DNA from: Acidimicrobiales bacterium
GTDB taxonomy: Bacteria > Actinomycetota > Acidimicrobiia > Acidimicrobiales > Ilumatobacteraceae
DNA length: 64,000 nt
Direction: 5' to 3'
NCBI GenBank assembly: GCA_046081125.1
Contig: JBJTVH010000040.1
Span: 109 to 64,108, forward strand
Positions 61,149-64,000 of this stretch are shown piece after piece (position 1 is the first letter of the stretch; every line of letters starts with the position of its first letter). Under the pieces are notes generated by a model, which saw nothing but the letters and a program-made list of their open reading frames with translations, did not search any database and had not been told where the DNA came from. The position numbers and the translations under genes were made by a program.

Positions 61149-62223
61149 CCGGCACGATCGTGGACTGTTCGATGCGCACGCGCCGGTCCACGTGCAGGCC
61201 CGGAGGCAACAGACCGGCAGTGGTCAGCAGGACCTGCGTCGGCGGCAGGGCGCCGACCAGGGCTTCGCTGCGACGGGCATCGAGTTCGGAGAACACGTCG
61301 TCGAGCACGAGAACCGGCTGCTCGCCAATTGCTTCGGCCACGAGCCGATGGGCCCCGAGACGCAATGCGAGCGCTATCCCCCGCTGTTCCCCCTGCGACG
61401 CGTGGGTGCGTGCCGGTTGGGTGTCCAAGGTGATCTCGAGGTCGTCACGATGCGGACCGACGCCGGTTGACTGGCGACGCAGGTCGTCGGACCGAGCGGA
61501 CGAAAGCGCCGGGCCGAGCCCGCCGGCGAGCCAGGTCGGGTCGTACGCCAGCGACACCCTCCCTCCACCCGCAAGGGTCCGGTACGCCTCGTCGACCAGG
61601 GGTTGCAACGCCGCCACCAGATCGGCCCGCGCCCGACCGAGCCGATCGCCGGCCTCGGCGAGCTTGTGATCCCACACGTCCAGTGTGAGCTCGGTCTCGG
61701 GGGTGAGTCGCCCGGCCATCTGACGGAGCAAGCTCGCTCGTTGCCGCAAGATGCGGTCCACATCGCTCACCACGAGATCGAGGGCGGGCCGGCGTGCGAC
61801 GAGGGCATCGTCGAGGAAGCCTCGCCGCACCGCCGGGCCGCCTTTGACCAGTTCGAGATCGTCGGGAGAGAACACGCTCACCCGGACCACCCCGAGCAGG
61901 TCTCGAGTCCGGTGCACCCGCTGGCGGTTCACCTGAGCCCGCACTCGGCCCCGCCGCGGCACCTCCACCTCGACGAGCAACTCGCGCCCGTCGGCGTGGC
62001 GAACCTGCGCCCGTATCACCGCATGCTCGGCTCCGGTACGAACCATCGCTTCCGACGGCACGTTGCGGAAGCTCGACAGGGTGCCCAGAAAGGCGAGTGC
62101 CTCCACGAGGTTCGTCTTGCCCTGGCCGTTGCGACCGAGCACCAGCGTGCAGCCCGGGTCCAACTCGAGCGTGGCCGAGGCGTAACTGCGCACATCGCGC
62201 AACCACACCTGCTCGACGTGCAC
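61135..62223 (-). CDS. recF: DNA replication/repair protein RecF
   Basis: Walker A GRNGQGKTNLVEA, signature/Walker B VLVLDDVFSELD. dnaN-recF synteny. Confidence 0.95.
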   Translation of the reverse strand: MHVEQVWLRDVRSYASATLELDPGCTLVLGRNGQGKTNLVEALAFLGTLSSFRNVPSEAMVRTGAEHAVIRAQVRHADGRELLVEVEVPRRGRVRAQVNRQRVHRTRDLLGVVRVSVFSPDDLELVKGGPAVRRGFLDDALVARRPALDLVVSDVDRILRQRASLLRQMAGRLTPETELTLDVWDHKLAEAGDRLGRARADLVAALQPLVDEAYRTLAGGGRVSLAYDPTWLAGGLGPALSSARSDDLRRQSTGVGPHRDDLEITLDTQPARTHASQGEQRGIALALRLGAHRLVAEAIGEQPVLVLDDVFSELDARRSEALVGALPPTQVLLTTAGLLPPGLHVDRRVRIEQSTIVPDDQS

Positions 62224-62224
62224 G

Positions 62225-63319
62225 TCAGGGCACGCGCACCGGCATCAGCAGGTACAGGTAGCCGTTGTCCTCCGCGGACCGCAGCAGCGCCGGCTTGAGC
62301 GCGTCGAGGGTCTCGATCACGACCTCCTCGCCCCCGACGGCCTCCACCCCGCTCGACAGGTAATCGGGATTGAAGGCCACCGTGAGATCGCCGCCGTCGA
62401 AACTCGCATCGAGTGCCTCGTCCGCATTGCCCATGTCTTGGGTTACCGCGACGAGTTCGAGTTGCTCTGCGGTCATCCGGAGCCGTACCGGCGACGAATC
62501 GCGGGCAAGGATCTTCACGCGACGGATGGCATCGAGCAGGTTCGCACGGTTCACCCGCATCCGGTTGGGATGGCTCGACGGAATCAGCTGGCGGTAGTTC
62601 GGGAACTCCCCCTCGATCAGCCGGGTCGTGAGACGCACCCCGCCGATCTCGAACGTCGCGTCCCGCTCCCCGAGTCGCAGCACGACCTCACCGCTCGCCG
62701 GCAACAGGCGCGTGAGTTCGTTGAGCGCACGGGACGGCACCAGCACCTTTTGGCCGGCGCTGAGCACCGACTGACCCGCGAGATCGCGGACGGCGAGCCG
62801 GTACGAATCGGTCGCCACCAGACGGAGACCCTCTCCCTCGGCGCTCATGAGCACACCGGTCAGCACGGGACGGGCCTCGTCCGAGGACGCCGCCCGCACC
62901 ACCTGCCGCAGCGCTTCACCCAGATCGGCCGCCGGGATCGATGTTGCGTTCGCGGCGGGAGGGCTGCTGCGGGGGAAATCCTCCACGGCCATCGTCCGCA
63001 ACGAAAACACCGTTCGGCCCGCGCTCAGCCGAGCCTCCTCGGGTCCCACCGTGACCTCCACCGCCCCGGCCGGGGCGGCTCGCACCACGTCGCCGACCAG
63101 GCGGGCGGGCAACACACAGTGACCGTCCTCGCTACCGGCCACCGTCGTCGACACCTCGATCAGGAGTTCCAGATCGGTCCCCGTGACCGTCAGACGATCG
63201 CCGACAAGGTGCACGTGCACACCGGCCAACACAGGATGACCGGCGCCGCGGCTCGCTGAGGCGCGAGCGGCGGTACCGATAGCGTCGGCGAGGAGATCTC
63301 GTTCACAACGGAACTTCAC
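62225..63319 (-). CDS. dnaN: DNA polymerase III beta sliding clamp
   Basis: 364 aa, MKFRCERDLLADAI..., three-domain clamp pattern. Position between oriC/dnaA and recF. Confidence 0.95.
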   Translation of the reverse strand: MKFRCERDLLADAIGTAARASASRGAGHPVLAGVHVHLVGDRLTVTGTDLELLIEVSTTVAGSEDGHCVLPARLVGDVVRAAPAGAVEVTVGPEEARLSAGRTVFSLRTMAVEDFPRSSPPAANATSIPAADLGEALRQVVRAASSDEARPVLTGVLMSAEGEGLRLVATDSYRLAVRDLAGQSVLSAGQKVLVPSRALNELTRLLPASGEVVLRLGERDATFEIGGVRLTTRLIEGEFPNYRQLIPSSHPNRMRVNRANLLDAIRRVKILARDSSPVRLRMTAEQLELVAVTQDMGNADEALDASFDGGDLTVAFNPDYLSSGVEAVGGEEVVIETLDALKPALLRSAEDNGYLYLLMPVRVP

Positions 63320-63612
63320 GGGTGGTTTCCCTCTCGTTCAGGTCGTTCATGCCGGAGTCGGATGGAACACAGTCGGTAATGGTGGTGATAGGGGCTGTGG
63401 ATTGTGGACAGCGCCCGTTTCGGCCAGGCCAGGGCATTCGACGATGGTCACAGCGCGTCCACTGCAGTGCACAGCTCGAGCGACCGCTGTCGGGACCGCA
63501 GTGGACGACGGTTCGGTGGTCCACTGTGTCCACCCGGTCGTCCACCCGGTGTCCCCAGATCGGTCCCCATGTCGGCCACGGTGGCCACGGTGGCCACGGT
63601 GGCTACGGGTGG
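63320..63612. promoter_or_regulatory. dnaA-dnaN intergenic region: candidate oriC with DnaA-box-like cores
   Basis: Back-to-back TGTGGAT/TGTGGACA at 63396-63410. GTCCAC/GTGGAC cores at 63457, 63501, 63519, 63528 and 63540. This is the location of oriC in Actinomycetota. Confidence 0.6.
63574..63600 (+). repeat. 9-bp tandem repeat GGCCACGGT x3 (plus two degenerate units to about 63618)
   Basis: Three perfect head-to-tail copies, followed by GGCTACGGG and GGTCACGGA. The repeat ends at the dnaA stop codon. Confidence 0.85.
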
Positions 63613-64000
63613 TCACGGATTGCCCTTCACGGTCTGGATCAGGTCGGTGACCTGGTCGTACACCTGCTGGCGCTCCTTCATCAGACGCTGCACTTTGTCG
63701 ACGGCGTGGATCACGGTGGTGTGATCACGGTTGCCGAAGACGCGAGCAATCGCCGGGAAGGAGAGATCGGTCTGGTCGCGGAAGACGAACATGGCGATCT
63801 GGCGCGCCGTGACGAGCGGCCGCTGCCGGCTCTTGCCCTTGAGGGCCTCCACGGTGAACCCGAGCTTGTTCGAGATGAGCTCGAGCATGGCGTCAGGCGT
63901 GAGTTGGCGCGGTCGATGACCGCCGACGATGTCGTCGAGCAGACGCTCGGCCAGGGCGGTGGTGACCGGGACACGGTTCAGGCTGGCGTAGGCGCCGACC
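63613..64000 (-). CDS. dnaA: chromosomal replication initiator DnaA, C-terminal part (5' end outside window)
   Basis: The frame is open to the window edge. Domain IV HTH: SRQRPLVTARQIAMFVFRDQTDLSFPAIARVFGNRDHTTVIHAVDKV. Confidence 0.9.
   Translation of the reverse strand, partial: VGAYASLNRVPVTTALAERLLDDIVGGHRPRQLTPDAMLELISNKLGFTVEALKGKSRQRPLVTARQIAMFVFRDQTDLSFPAIARVFGNRDHTTVIHAVDKVQRLMKERQQVYDQVTDLIQTVKGNP

Noticed and set aside
63574-63618. Possibility that the short tandem arrays (GGCCACGGT here, GGGAGCAAC at 43632-43674) are CRISPR arrays.
   Set aside because: The units are only 9 bp, either contiguous or separated by 1-3 nt, with no unique spacers of about 30 bp. No cas genes are present in the window.

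Overview
High-G+C actinobacterial-type chromosomal segment. All domain calls below come from reading motifs in the translations; I could not run BLAST, HMM or folding. The segment starts in the conserved cell-wall/division signalling cluster (FHA, pstP, rodA, pbpA, pknB, trpG, crgA; 0.2-7.7 kb). It ends in the replication-origin neighbourhood on the minus strand (tRNA-Ala, tRNA-Ile, DUF3566, gyrA, gyrB, DUF721, recF, dnaN, oriC-like spacer, dnaA 3' end; 43.8-64 kb).

The main finding is a complete phage-tail-like contractile injection system (CIS/eCIS, Afp/PVC-type) locus at about 16.4-34.1 kb, with no tail fibre gene. It is organised as two convergent operons.
- The plus-strand operon encodes a PAAR-like DUF4280 protein, a LuxR regulator, a DUF4255 cap and an AAA+ ATPase.
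- The minus-strand operon is a tightly coupled 12-gene set: sheath, tube, chaperone-like protein, an unannotated 48-codon ORF, a low-complexity protein in the tape-measure position, a second tube, a LysM protein, VgrG, gp25, baseplate J, a gpI-like protein and a 1057-aa orphan protein.
- Directly upstream of the sheath gene is a zinc-ribbon/TM/about 6x PASTA membrane protein, divergent from a PrsW-type intramembrane protease. I consider this the most interesting candidate accessory module, possibly a cell-wall-sensing anchor or trigger for the CIS.

Other notable content:
- A 5.75-kb integrative island sits in the 3' end of tRNA-Ala. It carries a tyrosine integrase, Xis, a DUF433/DUF5615 toxin-antitoxin pair, a GntR regulator with a membrane protein, 19-bp att repeats and GGGAGCAAC arrays near both ends.
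- Two adjacent, divergently transcribed beta-oxidation genes are disrupted: a thiolase with an in-frame TAG, and an acyl-CoA synthetase with a homopolymer frameshift plus an internal deletion.
- The first about 0.3 kb has a codon usage and gene content foreign to the rest of the window (possible chimera or HGT).

The rest is ordinary metabolic and housekeeping genes. Many long ORFs in the six-frame track are antisense shadow ORFs typical of GC-rich DNA and are not called.
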